64,000 nucleotides of DNA from assembly GCA_004431415.1 (NCBI GenBank), contig QPMI01000549.1, positions 62,001-126,000 on the forward strand, given 5' to 3'. Within the stretch, counting starts at the first letter, position 1. Every line of letters starts with the position of its first letter. The notes under the pieces were generated by a model. The model saw nothing but the letters and a program-made list of their open reading frames with translations, did no database searches and had not been told where the DNA came from. Below, one piece after another: positions 1 through 12,130 of this stretch. This stretch comes from Cyanophora paradoxa CCMP329 (lineage: Eukaryota; Plantae; Glaucophyta). Position numbers and translations under genes: made by a program.

Positions 1-412
1 CCGCAGGCTCACCTTATCCGCCGCCTTGGGCGGCATCTGGGCTGTAGCTATGCCGGCTCGGGGGCCGGCTTCGTCTGCCCTAAGTTCGTCTTTGGTGTGT
101 ACCCGTCTCACAGCTCAACCCCCCAAACCTAACGCCGCACCAGGTGCTCCAGGAGCGCCGCATCCAGCGCAAAGACGTTCTATTCAACAAACTAGACGCA
201 CACGCACGAGCCTTTGCGCAGCCAGTGCACCTTCGTCGACATCGGTCCTCGCACCGGCCGAGCTGGGATTAGCCATTCAGGCGGCTTCCGGAGGCCGAGA
301 GAGCCCTTCCCTGAGCTTTCCGAGCGGAACCGAGGCAGCGGTGTGCTTAGCTAGAGCCCCAGAAATGAGGTAGCGCACTCGGCCAGCTGCAAGCGTTGCA
401 AAGCGGTGAGAT

Positions 413-3400
413 ATGCGGCCGGGGTCGCAGCGTTCCTCGCGGGGCGCTTCTCCCTCGCTCGTGTCCACGGGCGCCTTCCGCTCGGACTTCGAGCCCCGGG
501 AGGTCAATCCGCGATGGCACGAGACGCGCACGGCGGAGGAGGTCGCGCTCGCCCGCCGGGCGTACAAGATCGTCAACAAGAACCCCACGCCCGCCAGCGC
601 CCGTGCGCCCGCCGCCGCCCCGCCCCGCTCGCCCCCCCGCGACCCGCGGCGCTGACCGGGCGCTAGGCCTGCCGCCTGAGGGCGTGCGGCCCGGGACCAC
701 GGCGACAGGCCGCCGGCCGACGAACATCAACGCGCTGAGCATGCCGGGCCCGGGCGGGGCGCGGCGGCCCCACTCGATGGGGACGACGGGCGTGACGGCC
801 GAGTCGATCGGGTGGTCCCCCAGCACCACATTCCCCATACCCCTCGTCGCCCAGAGCCTCCCCCAGGGCGCCCTCCGCCCCTCCACGTCCATCGGCCTCT
901 CCTCCGTCGCCCTCGCCGCCGCCGCGCCCCCCTCCGGCCCCCCGCTCCCGTACCCCGCCACGCGCTTCGGGGGCGTCCTCACGCCGGCGGACATGGCGAA
1001 CGAAGTGGCGCTGCGGGAGCTCGCCATCAAGGCCCAGCGCATGGCCGACCGCCTCCAGGGCCTCGAGTCCGCCTCCGAGGTCCGTACCCCTGCTCCCTTC
1101 CCCCCCCCCGGCGCCCCTACCCCGCCCCTCACGGCCGCGCCCGCCGGCAGGCGATGCGGGAGGCGGGGCTGGCGTCGTCGGGCAACACGAGCAAGGCGGC
1201 GCCCGAGTGGGCCGACCGCCTCAACAGCACCTTCGGCAACATCAGCAGGCGCGCCCTCCCTTCTTGTACCAAAACACACGTTGAAGTGAACGCGCCCTCC
1301 CCCCCCGCAGCGCGCTGGACAACCTGCACACGGTGTTCTTCGCGGACGAGGCGCGCCGCAGGGAGAGGGCCGTGGTCACCATCCAGGCCTACACCCGCGG
1401 CTTCCTCGTCCGCCTGCGCCGCCGCCGCGCTCTCGAGGCCATCCGCTCCTGGCGCCGCCGCCAGCTCGCAGCCCTCCAGGGGCCCATCGCCGACTGGCTC
1501 CGCCACCGCGAGGCGCGCCCGTACCCCCGCCGCCCCCCCCCGCGCCCGCCGCCCCCTTCTGACGGTGGTGCAGGTGGTGCACACGAAGATGGGGCTGATG
1601 CGGGGCCGGCGGTCGCGGCGGCTGCTGCGGGCGGCGCTGACGGCGTGGTCGCGCTGGACGCGCGCCGTCGCCCCCGTCCGCAACGAGTGCCGCCGCAACG
1701 CCTTCGTCCTCATCCAGGTGCCCCCCCGCCCGCGGAGCGCCCGCCCGCTCCGCGCCAGCAGCGACGGGGCCCTTCGAGCGTTGACGCGCCTGCGCGAGCA
1801 GAAGCGGACGCGGGAGAGGACGACGCTGGTCTTCCGGCGCTGGTTCGAGGTGGCGACGGGCCCCCGCAACAGGCACCGCATGCTCGAGGCCTACCGCCAG
1901 CGCCACTCCCGGTCCGCTTGCTTAGCCCGGGCCTGAGTGTAGGCCTCAGCCGCCGGGGCCGACTGGCGGGGCGCGTGCAGGGCGGAGGCGCGGCTGCGGG
2001 CGATGAAGGAGGAGAGCGGGTGGGAGGGTGACATCACCCCCGAGATGATCCGGAAGGAGATGGCCAACGATGCCATCGCGATGATGCAGAAGCGGCACCC
2101 CGTCGCCCTCATCGTCCAGATCCTCGGCTCCTGGCTCATCTACGCCAAGGACAAGGCGCGCGCGCGCACGCGCGCCGCCGAGACGAGCGCGCGGGGCCCC
2201 GCCCCGCCCCCTAACGCCCCGGCCGGCGCAGCGCGTGAAGCGGGCGAAGCGGATGAAGGCGCTGCGGCACAGCGAGCGGCGGGTGCAGAAGAACGCCCTC
2301 CGCGGCTGGCACCGCACCGTCGACACCATCAAGAAGTGGGAGGGCATCAAGCGCGCCCCTCGGGCCCCGCCTCCTCCTCTCCGCCCCTTCAGGCCGGGTC
2401 CTCACATCTCCCCGCGGCAGGTTCAAGGAGAAGCGGAACGCGCTGGTGGCGATCCGGCAGCGGCGGGTGCTGCTGCTGCAGAAGGCGCTGCGGGCGTGGG
2501 CGGGGCGCGTCCGCCTCCTGCGCGACGTCGCCGCCCGCTTCAAGGCCCGCCGTGCGCCGCCGCCCTGCATCCACGCCCCCTCTCCTTAGAATCGAGCCGA
2601 CTTGCTTCTCTTCTCTTCGCAGGGGAGGCGTGGGCGCTGGAGGTGCTGCAGGCGTTCCGGCTGCAGTGCCGCCGCAACCGCCAGCTCCAGCTCATCGCCG
2701 TCGAGCGCTGGCTCTCGGTGCCCTCGCGCCCCGCTTCCCCCGCCCTTGCCCGCCCCGCCCCGCCCCGCCCCGCTCAGCCTCGCCTCGCCTCGCAGGTGGG
2801 GAAGATGAAGGTGCAGATCCCGTTCCGGGCGTGGTACCTCTACGCCCTGGACCGCCGCCTGCGCCGCAAGGCCCAGGAGAAGCTCATGGCCGCCACCGAG
2901 AAGCGCGCCCCCTCGCCCCCGGGCCCCCCCAGCCGCCCCCTCACCGCCCCCTCAGGCGGCGGGCGCGGCGGTCGGTGCTGGCGTCGTGGGCGCGGTGGAA
3001 GCAGTTCGTGGCAGAGGCGCGGGCCCCGCCGGAGGCCTCCCGGGAGGAGCTCGCCCGCGGCCTCGCCGAGCAGCGCGCCCTCAACGAGGCCCGTGCCCCG
3101 CCCCGCCCCCTCTAGGAGAAGGCGGGGCGCGCTGAGCGCGGGGCGCGCAGGCGCTGGTGAAGACGGCGGCGACGTACGAGGAGTCGATCCTCAACGCGAA
3201 GCGCACCGCCGAGCAGGAGGCCGCCTCCAGGAAACAGCTCGGTGCTGCCCGCCCGCTCGGGCTCCCGTGCCTTTGCTTCCCTCTGACCGGCGGCGGGGCG
3301 GGGCGGGGCAGCGGAGGAGCTGAAGGGGAAGGGGGAGGAGGTCGTCAAGCTCCGCTTCGCGCTGCAGGCCGCCGAGGGCGAGCTCATGAAGCTCCGGTCC

Positions 3401-4743
3401 GGCCCCCGGCGCCGCCCCCGCCCCCGCCCCGCCCCTCCGAGCGGGGTGCATGCAGGGCGGGGGCGGAGTACGCGGCGATGCTGCGGCACGCGACGGCTGA
3501 CGAGCCCGGCGAGCTCGCCGACGCCCGCCGCATCGCCGACCGGTCCGCATCCCGCCCGCCCCGGATCCTCGCCCCCAGCTCCCGCCCCCTCAGACTTGCG
3601 GCAGGATCGCGGGGGAGGTGGCGGCGATGAAGGGCGAGGCGGCGCCGGCGCCCCGCACCAGCGACGACGACTCCCGCGAGGGCTTCTTCGGCGAGGGCTC
3701 CGGCGGCGGCGGAGGTGGTGGCGGCGGTGGCGGCGGCGGCGGGGCGGGCCCCTCCAGCCGCCCCGACTCGCGCGGGGGTGCGCCCTTTCGTCCGCTTTTC
3801 GCTGCGGCGGCTCGCCTCGGGCTCACTCGCCGCCTGCGCGCAGCGACGCGGGCGGGCGGAGCCGGGGCGGGGCAGGCGCACGGCGGGGCCGGGGGCCGGA
3901 CCGGCGCGCTGAGCGTGGGACCTCTCCGCGGGGCACGGGCGAGGCGGGGCGGGGCCGGGGCCGGGGCCGGGGCCCGGGGAGGAGGCGAGCCCGCGGGGCC
4001 GGGGCCTGCGGCGCGTCTCGGGGGCCGACTACGAGCTCCTCAACCGCACCAAGCTCCTCCTCATCAAGCTCTTCGAGCCCCGCGACCGGCGCGCCGCCCC
4101 GCCCCGCCCGCCCACTTCCCTGCGCGAGGACTCGCCCCTGACGGGGGCGGGGCGCGCAGGTACACGCCGCCGGCGTCGGGCGGGTCGGAGGCGGACGCGG
4201 AACTGCGGCGCGTGATGGGCCTCCTCGTCGCCCTCGCCTCCCGCCCGGGGAGCCCCGTGCGGCCCTCCACCGCCGGGAGCACGGTCCGGCCGCCGCTGCT
4301 TCGCTGCCTCGCCGCTGCTTTGCCTGACGGCGGCGGGCGCGCAGGCGCAGGGCGGCGGGGCGCGTCGGCCCCGCCGACGGAGCGGGGGAGCGGCCGGGAG
4401 CGGGCGCTGGCGCGGCCGGGCTCGAGCGGGGCGGGGCGGCCGGGGAGCGCCGCCTCGCAGTCGGGCCCGCTCTTCGCGGGCCCCGCCGAGCAGAGCCGCC
4501 CCATCAAGTGGAACGACTTCGTCCAGGTGCGAGGCGTGCACATAACTCGCTCTGCTCCGCTGAGCCCTCGCGCAGGGGATCGAGGCGTACGAGGGGGCGA
4601 AGGGGGCGCCGGGGAAGGCGGGGGCGCGGGCGCGCCTCTCGGGGCGGATGCTGGAGGCGAAGGAGGAGCGGCAGCGCGCCGCGCAGCCCGAGGGGCAGGC
4701 CCGCGCGCACCTCTTCGCGCCCCCGGCCCCCTCCCCCCGGTAG
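413..4743 (+). CDS. IQ-motif + Sfi1-like (Trp-containing, putative centrin-binding) repeat coiled-coil protein, about 20 exons
   Basis: Manual splicing of 19 short introns gives an IQ motif (AVVTIQAYTRGFLVR, ~1370-1415) and recurring Sfi1-type motifs: LRAALTAWSRW, LVFRRWFEV, ALRGWHRT, ALRAWAGR, PFRAWYLY, VLASWARWKQF. Ends ...HLFAPPAPSPR* (TAG 4741-4743). The start codon and the frame around 3850-4030 are uncertain. Confidence 0.65.
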
Positions 4744-4890
4744 CCCCGCCCCGGCCCCCGCCCCGCCCCGACCGACCCCGGCCTCGGCCCCGGCCCCGGC
4801 CACGTGCATCCGGTAATGCATTGAGATCTCGAGCAAACATCACAAAGCTTGGATACGAGCCTCGAAGCCGACGCATTTTCGATTTCTGGC

Positions 4891-6763
4891 CTAGTCCAAT
4901 CGGAAAGTATCAGCCTGTACGAAAACAGGTTTGCCTACATCAAACTGCCGGGGCCCTTGAGCCGTGAGCGATGCAGAGAGGCAGCGGCGCTGGCGTGGGC
5001 ATGCGCACCCTGGCATGACACCAGCGCTCGTACGCCTGGGCCGCGGGTGATGTCGGGTCGTGCTCACTTCTTGGCCACGCCCCGGCGAATACCGCGCTGC
5101 GGCCGTTGAGGAGCGGGCGGCAGAGGCTCCCGAGAGGGGGCGGCGGCACCGGAGAAGCCGCGGCGAGGCGACCAGGGCGTCCAAGAAGGCGGCCTGCGCG
5201 GCGGGCGGCGCGTGCGCGTCGTCCATTTGCATGTAAACGTAGGCCTGGCGGGCGATAAGAGGTGCGGGATGGGGAATCGAGGGGAGGGCGGAGCGCGGCG
5301 CAGTGAATACCGTCTCGATGGCAGGGAGTCTCTCGAGAGCGGCGTAAAGCTCCTCTGCGGGGTTGCGATCGGGGGTCGGTAACTTCGGCGGGCCGAGGGC
5401 GATCGCGGGGCCGGGGCACCGAGCGGGGCCTTCAGGTTGCACTCGTCGCCGAGAGTGAGCTCACGGAGCGTCGCGGCGTGCGGCTCGCCTGCGTGGGGCT
5501 CAGCCGCGGTGAAGGATGGCCGCAGGAAGCTCACCGGCCAGCCACCGAAGGGCATCGGCATCGAGGTCGCAGCCGAAAATGGAGAGCGCTTCTAAGCCGG
5601 CAAGGGCCCCGGCAGGCCAGGAGTCCGGCAGCAAGCGGGGGGTCAGGAGTTCAAGGAGGGCGGGGCCCATCGCCGCGTCGACCTCCAGCGGGCGCAAGAC
5701 CGCCGCGATCCGCGCCGCCAACGCAGAGTCGAGGAAATCCGGACGTCCCTCTTCGCCGCCCAAGAAAAGTTGACGGCAGCGGATGCGGGCGGCGGCGAGG
5801 GCGCTGAGGATGCAGCCCGCCTCCTCGTTGGGTGCATCTAGACTGAGGCCAGAGCAGACGCGCAGCGACGGAAACCGCTGCACCAGTATCTCCAGCGCAT
5901 CGCGCGTCATGGACAGCGTCGCCCCGAGCTCCTCCAGTCGATGCAAGCGCGGAACCTGCCCTCCGCCCCCGTTAGCGGCGCAGCGGCGCGGGGTCTTGGG
6001 AAGGGCCGCGCCTGCTTCACGTCGCCGATGTGGGTTTCAATCCCGCGACTCTTGTTCTCGACGTTCAGTAGCCGCAGGGAGCGCAGCGCGGGGGCGAGCC
6101 GCTCCAGGTTGCTCCGCTTCGCCAGCTCCCAGGCTTGACTCGGGTCCCCTGCGCACAGGTTGGATACGCCCAGCAACGGTACATGCAGGGCTGCTCAATC
6201 ACCGAAGACTACGATCTCGAGCACCTCAAGCCGCGCCCCGCACGTCGCCAGGACTTCGAGAAGGCCGCAGTCGCCCTCCGGGAGTTGGTAGAGAGACCGC
6301 GAGCAGACTTCGACTCGCAGCCGTGAGACGCCCGCGCAGATCGGGTGGCGCACGATCTTCGTCGCGGCAGCGATCGATAGCGCCCGCTTCGCGCACGCCT
6401 CTTCGAAGTCCTCTTTCCACCTCCCCACCCGCCAGCGGGCATCTCCCTCCGGCACGTCGCCCGCTATCCTGCGCAACTGTCAGGGCAAAGAAGAAGCATC
6501 GGATCCTTGGAAAGCCTCGAACATACAGCAGCTCAAGCTTGGTGGTGTGTGGTGGGTCCTTCGCCGCCAGCGCCCATCGCCTGCACACGGCTGCGGCCCT
6601 GAAGCGATCCTGGATGTCCAACCGAGCGAAGATGCTCGAGAGCAGCTCCGGAAGCAACAAACTCTCGGGAGAAGGCTCTGGCGGGGGCCGCGTCAGCGCG
6701 AGCGCAGCACGTCGAGGGCGGTCGGAGGGCACCATCTACCGGTGCAGGGTTTGCCGCCGACAT
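4891..6763 (-). pseudogene. F-box/LRR-like gene, apparently disrupted
   Basis: ATG 6763, then an intron, then an F-box (LLPELLSSIFARLDIQDRFRAAAVCRRW) and LRR-like segments (LRSLRL, LEELGATL, FPSLRVC, LEALSIFGCDL, LRELTL). There is an in-frame TGA at 6195 and a frame break near 5500. The 3' end is approximate. Confidence 0.6.
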
Positions 6764-6899
6764 GGCAGCGGCTCGCCGACGGCTCGGCGACGCCACGCGT
6801 ACGACGACTCGGACTCGTCTCGGAGGCGAGGCGGGGTACAGTGCAAACTAGCACGCGGCGGCCTCTGCTAGCGCTCGGGCTCTGACTGGGCCGGCCGCC

Positions 6900-7360
6900 G
6901 GTTGGAAACGGGGTAGAGTAGTGCATGCGCGTGAGGACCGGCGCCGGCGGCGGCGCGGCCCGGCGGGGCGCGCGCGCACGCGTGCAACGTTAACGCGGGC
7001 CCGCGCGCGCCTGCGCATGCGCGCGCGCACTGCCGACGCGGCCCCCGCGCCTGCAGCTGCAGCCTGCAGCTAGCTATAGCTATAGCGCTGCGCATGCGCA
7101 AATCATACTATGATAGCTAGCGCTATAGTATGCATATGCATGCGCGCGCATGCCGGCGCCGCGCCTGCCAACTGCCGCCGGCCGGCGCGCGGCGGCGCGC
7201 GCGCCGGCGCCGCGCCCGCCGGGCCGCACTGCAGCTGCGCATGCCGGCGCCGGCGCCTGCACTGCTAGCGCGCTGGTGACGCCTCGCGCGTAATTTTTTT
7301 TTAAGTCCAGCAAGCCGCTAGCCGGAGCTCAGCTATAGCTAGCTACGCTGGCCAGCTAGC
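6900..7360. repeat. Palindrome-chain low-complexity tract
   Basis: Runs of alternating triplet/reverse-complement units, e.g. ctg-cag-ctg-cag, cta-tag-cta-tag, cat-atg-cat, aac-gtt-aac. Confidence 0.85.
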
Positions 7361-8559
7361 GAACCTGTCGGCTAGGTTGACGGCTAAATTGTGCGCTTGT
7401 ACCCAGCAATCGGCGCCAAACTCGCAGGAGCTCTTTTTTTCCGCGTTCGGTACAACAGGTACTTGATGCGGCCTAGCGGGCCAGGCCACGCGCTGCTTCC
7501 CGAGCGCTGGCATGTATGACATGCTCTGTCGAACATTGCAAGAGCTTTCTTATGCACTTGGTCCGGCCTCTATACGACCACAGGATCAGGCGCTGCAAGG
7601 GATAGTCCAGGAAAGGGTCCGGTCCTTTTTTCCGCGCAGCATTCCGCTCTTTCCGGGTTCTGACAACGAATTCCGGGCTATGATGCATGCACTAACACGT
7701 GGTTAAGAGCTCGGAGCTGGATCGGGAGATGAGCAGACTCGTCATTTTGTAAGTTACCGAAAACGGGGGCCCTACCCCGTCGGCCTTGGGGAAAGGAGAG
7801 GCCCTTAGGTCTGTGCCTATCTTGTGGCAAACTTCAACTTGATTTTATAGACAAAATTTTTAGACCTAGGTACCCATTTTCGACCCTAGGGAGCACGATG
7901 GCGGCGCTACTTTTCAAATGTGACACCTCTAACAAGCACTAACAGCACGTACGAACGAAATTGTTCGCGTTAAGCCCGATCGCCATTGGCACAAAAAGTC
8001 AATTCACCCATTCACGGACAAGCGCGATTGTCATTGGTTCCAGCTTGCTTCCCCTTCGCCGATGGAAATTGCAAAGAGCCTCTGTACCCGGCTGGAAGGC
8101 TGGAGTCACTAGGCGCTTCGCCGGCAGAATCGCCGCGCGTCGCTTCGCAAACGATCGCGATCAACGATCGATCGAGCGCTAGCGCTATAGCTCCGGCGCC
8201 GACGTGATCGCGATCGATCGCCGCGACCGTCGGACGCCGGCGCGCGCCGGCCGCGCCAGGCTCGCCGCCGGCGCCAGCAGCCCCTGGCAGGCGCCGCTAC
8301 TACATAGCTATTCTAGCTATAGGCGGCATAGTCCTCTCAACAGTAACCGCGCGCGGTTGCGGGACCCCGTTTTAAAACAAAGAGCGGCCACCCTCACGTC
8401 TTGAAACCCCAAGACCCAAGGCCACTCCTGCTCCGCAGGGACTCGCTTGTTTCCAATTAAAGCTGAATTAAGCAACCTCGAGCTCGAGCTCCGAGGTCCG
8501 GTGCGTCCCCATGGGCCATCGCCCGCTAGCGCTTTTCGTTCAAACGGTTTAAAATTCGG

Positions 8560-9665
8560 CTCGTGCGCCGCGGGCTCACGTGCCGCCTGCGCGCAGCGGC
8601 ACGGACAGGCGGGGCTGGGGCCGGGGCGGCCCGGGGCAGCCGCACCATGGGGGCCCGCACACAGGGCCGCAGTGCCCCGCACGGCGCGGCCGGGGGCCGG
8701 ACGGGCGCGCTGGGCGTGGCCATGGGGACCTCGCCGGAGTCCGACGGCCGCCGCGGGGCACCGGCGAGGCGGCCCGGCGGGGCGGGGCCGGGGCCGGGGC
8801 CCGGCCCGGGGAGGAGGCGAGCCCGCGGGGCCGGGGCCTGCGGCGCGTCTCGGGGGCCGACTACGAGCTCCTCAACCGTACCAAGCTCCTCCTCATCAAG
8901 CTCTTCGAGCCCCGCGACCGGCGCGCCACCCCGCCCGCCCGCCCCTTCGATTTCCCCCGCCCGGCCTCGCGATCGCCGCTGACGGGGGGCGGGGCGCGCA
9001 GGTACACGCCGCCGGCGTCGGGCGGGTCGGAGGCGGACGCGGAGCTGCGGCCGCCGGGCGCGTGATGGGCCTCCTCGTCCGATCGCCCTCGCCTCCCGCC
9101 CGGGAGCCCCGTGCGACCCTCCACCGCTGGGAGCACGGTCCGGCCGCCGCCGCTTCGCCGCCTCGCCGCTGCTTCGCCTGACGGCGGCGGGCGCGCAGGC
9201 GCAGGGCGGCGGGGGCGCGTCGGCCCCGCCGACGGAGCGGGGGAGCGGCCGGGGAGCGGGGCGCTGGCGCGGCCGGGCTCGAGCGGGGCGGGGCGGCCGG
9301 GGAGCGCCGCCTCGCAGTCGGGCCCGCTCTTCGCGGGCCCCGCGGAGCAGAGCCGCCCCATCAAGTGGAACGACTTCGTCCAGGTGCGAGGCGTGCACAT
9401 AACTCGCTCTGCTCCGCTCAGGCTTCGCGCAGGGATCGAGGCGTACGAGGGGGCGAAGGGGCGCCGGGGAAGGCGGGGCGCGGGCGCGCCTCTCGGGCGG
9501 ATGCTGGAGGCGAAGGAGGAGCGGCAGCGCGCCGCGCAGCCCGAGGGGCAGGCCCGCGCGCACCTCTTCGCGCCCCCGGCCCCCTCCCCCCGGTAGCCCC
9601 GCCCCGGCCCCCGCCCCAGCCCCGGCCCCGGCCGCGTGCATCCGGTAATGCATTAAGAGCTCGAG
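8560..9665 (+). pseudogene. Duplicated 3' exons of the IQ/Sfi1-like gene (copy of ~3790-4833)
   Basis: Closely similar to 3790-4833, including DYELLNRTKLLLIKLFEPRD and KWNDFVQ...APSPR*. It lacks the 5' exons and carries small indels (e.g. ~9050, ~9080). Confidence 0.9.
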
Positions 9666-9855
9666 GTGACATCGAGACGCCGGAAAACGGTTTGATTTGG
9701 TTTGACGGTTCTAGGGTCAGCCAAGCGGAAGAGTGCGACGCCGGTGATCATGAGGAGGACGGAATTCGAAGAGGAGAGAGCTCGAGGGCGGAGCTCGAGG
9801 GCAGAGGGAGGGCCGGGCCGGGCATACCACAGGCCGGCAGGGGCCACGCTTCGTC

Positions 9856-11352
9856 TTACTCGTCGTCCGCTGAGAGGTCTGCGGCGGAGGATCGGCGGGG
9901 CGAGCGGCGGCAGAGCAAATTTAAAGGGGAGCGGGCGCACCGATGGTGTCAGGGAGGGAGTCGAGATCGATCGGGGCCGGCGAAGGCTGGGGCGCCGGCA
10001 CACGTGCGCGCTGGCCGCCCTCGCGCTTGATCGCGACCGCCGCCGCCGCGCTCTTCCCGCGGCTGGAGCCGGCGCCGCTGCTGGAACCAGCGCTGGCGCT
10101 GCTGCTAGCGCTGGAGCCGCCACCGCCGCCGCCGCTGCTGCTGCTGCCGACGCTTTTTTCGCTGCTGCTGCTGCCCCGGGCACCTTCGAATTCGCTGCCT
10201 GCACCCGCGGCCGCCGGCGCCTCCTCCGCGTCGGGGCCCGGGAGGAGGTCGGGGCGGAGGCCGGCGACCATCATCCAGAGGCGCGAGCGGTAGCGGACGG
10301 TGAGGGTGAAGAGGCATCCGCCAGGGCCAGGGATGTATGGCGCAAGGGTCAGGGGCCGGGAGATTTTGTTTCCCAAAGATGTGTTCGTGTCGACGGACGC
10401 GAGTCCTCCGAGGATCTTTGCACGTTTCCTCAGAAGCCCCGCCTGCTTCTCCTGATCCTCAGCCCGCTTTCCGAGCTGCTGGCTTCCGACTTCATTCGGG
10501 CTAGTGTCCAACACTGCTTTCGCGAACTCTACTTGAAAGCTGCCGGGCTTTGCTGAGGATGCCGAGCTCGACGACGAGGCTGAGCCGGCTGCGCATGCGG
10601 AACCGCTGCTCATGATTTCTGAATCGAGCGCTTCAAATACGAACGGGTTAATGATCGCCTCGAGCGCGGCTGAATCGGCCAGGTCGCCAAGAATGGTGCA
10701 GCGCTTTCCTGCGACGAGTATTGTCGTGTATCTACGCAGCGAGGGCTGGACACTTGTGAGGTCGGGCGAAAATCGAAAATGGATATCAATCTGCATATGG
10801 CGAACGGGTCGCGCACGATGAAGACGGTGAATTTATTTGTTTCTGTAGCAATTGCCTTCAGCGGCCCGAAGTGCTCCTCCGCCACGACGGCGAAGCGGCG
10901 GCCCGGCTGCGCCTCGATGTAGAAGCCTGCGCGCTGCATGAGAACGCGAGCGCCACTCGCTGCCAGGCGCGAACGGGCTCACCCGGCTCGACGCGCTCGC
11001 GGAAGACCTCCTTGTCGCACAGCGGCGAGCCGGGAGGGACGTAGAACACGTCCGCGGGAGCGTAGGAGGCCGGTTTCGCGGGGTCGGTGTTGACGAAGAC
11101 TCGCGCGGAGAACTGGCTGGACGCAGGCCGCGGCGGGTTGATGGCGAAGATTGCGGCCGCTCCATCGGCGGCGAGCAGCGCCGGGTCGAACATGCAGTGC
11201 CCGCGCTGCCCCACGGCCGCCGCATCGCGGCACTGACTGCACGAGGCGTGTGGGTGAAATACGATTTTTCCATGGAGAGCTTAAGCGCCGCAGCGCGTCG
11301 CTCACTTAGCGATTTCGTCGTAGATTTCATCGAGTGAAATCAAAGGCGGCAT
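9856..11352 (-). CDS. Uncharacterised tandem family member A (DUF7918-like), lacking the C-terminal domain
   Basis: Spliced: MPPLISLDEIYDEIAN/QCRDAAAVGQRGHCMFDP...FRERVEP/GFYIEAQPGRRFAVVAEEHFGP...PFVF...PGSFQVEF...FTLTVRYRSRLWMMVAGLRPD. The last exon DLSADDE* ends at TAA 9856-9858. Confidence 0.7.
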
Positions 11353-11689
11353 TTCGCATGAATCTGCGGGCGGGCGCGAAAACTGACGAGCCCCGACTTG
11401 GTTCGCCGGCGAGCCCCGTAGGCCTTTTAAATCGGTCGCAGACCTTCCGAAATGCGTCGGGCACGCGGGCGCGTGCTTGCAATTGGGCTTCGGGAGCTAC
11501 GAGTTCGAGATAATTTCTTCTGCAGGGTACAGCGCGAAAAAGGGGGGACGAATGGAGGGGGGGAGGAGGGGGGGGGGAAGGGGGGCGCTCCGGCCTGCAG
11601 CGAAAGCTCAGGCCTGGGCCTCGCGGAGCGGCTGCAGGCAGCGCATGCGCGCGAAGCCCCGCCTCGGCATCGGCCCCGGGCGCGCAGAC

Positions 11690-11875
11690 GCGCCTCTCGG
11701 GGCGGATGCTATGCTGGAGGCGGAGGAGCGGCAGCGCGCCGCGCAGCCCGAGGGCAGGCCCGAGGGCTCCTCTTCGCGCCCCCGGCCCCCTCCCCCAGGT
11801 AGCCCCGCCCCGGCCCCGGCCCCGGCCCCGGCCCCGTGCATCCGGGAATGCATTGAGAGCTTGAGGCGACATCGA
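11690..11875 (+). repeat. Fragment of the last exon/3' end of the IQ/Sfi1-like gene (again at ~17410-17590)
   Basis: MLEAEERQRAAQPEG...tagccccgcc...atgcattgag matches 4630-4830 and 9485-9665. Confidence 0.85.
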
Positions 11876-12130
11876 TACGCCGGAAAACGGTTTAATTTGA
11901 CGTGGTTTAATTTGAAGGTTCTAGGTTCAGCCGAGCGGATCCGGAAGCTTAAGTCGAGGGGCGGGAGAGGAGAGAGGGCGGAGCTCGAGGGCCTCGTCTG
12001 TCTGCAGCTGGCCATGCACGTGGGCCGCTACGAGCTCGAGCTCGAGCTCGAGGGAGAAAGCAGCGAAAGGACGAGGGAGAAAGCAGCGGAAGGAAGGACG
12101 CAGGCGGAAAGGAACGAGAGGGCTCGGCTT

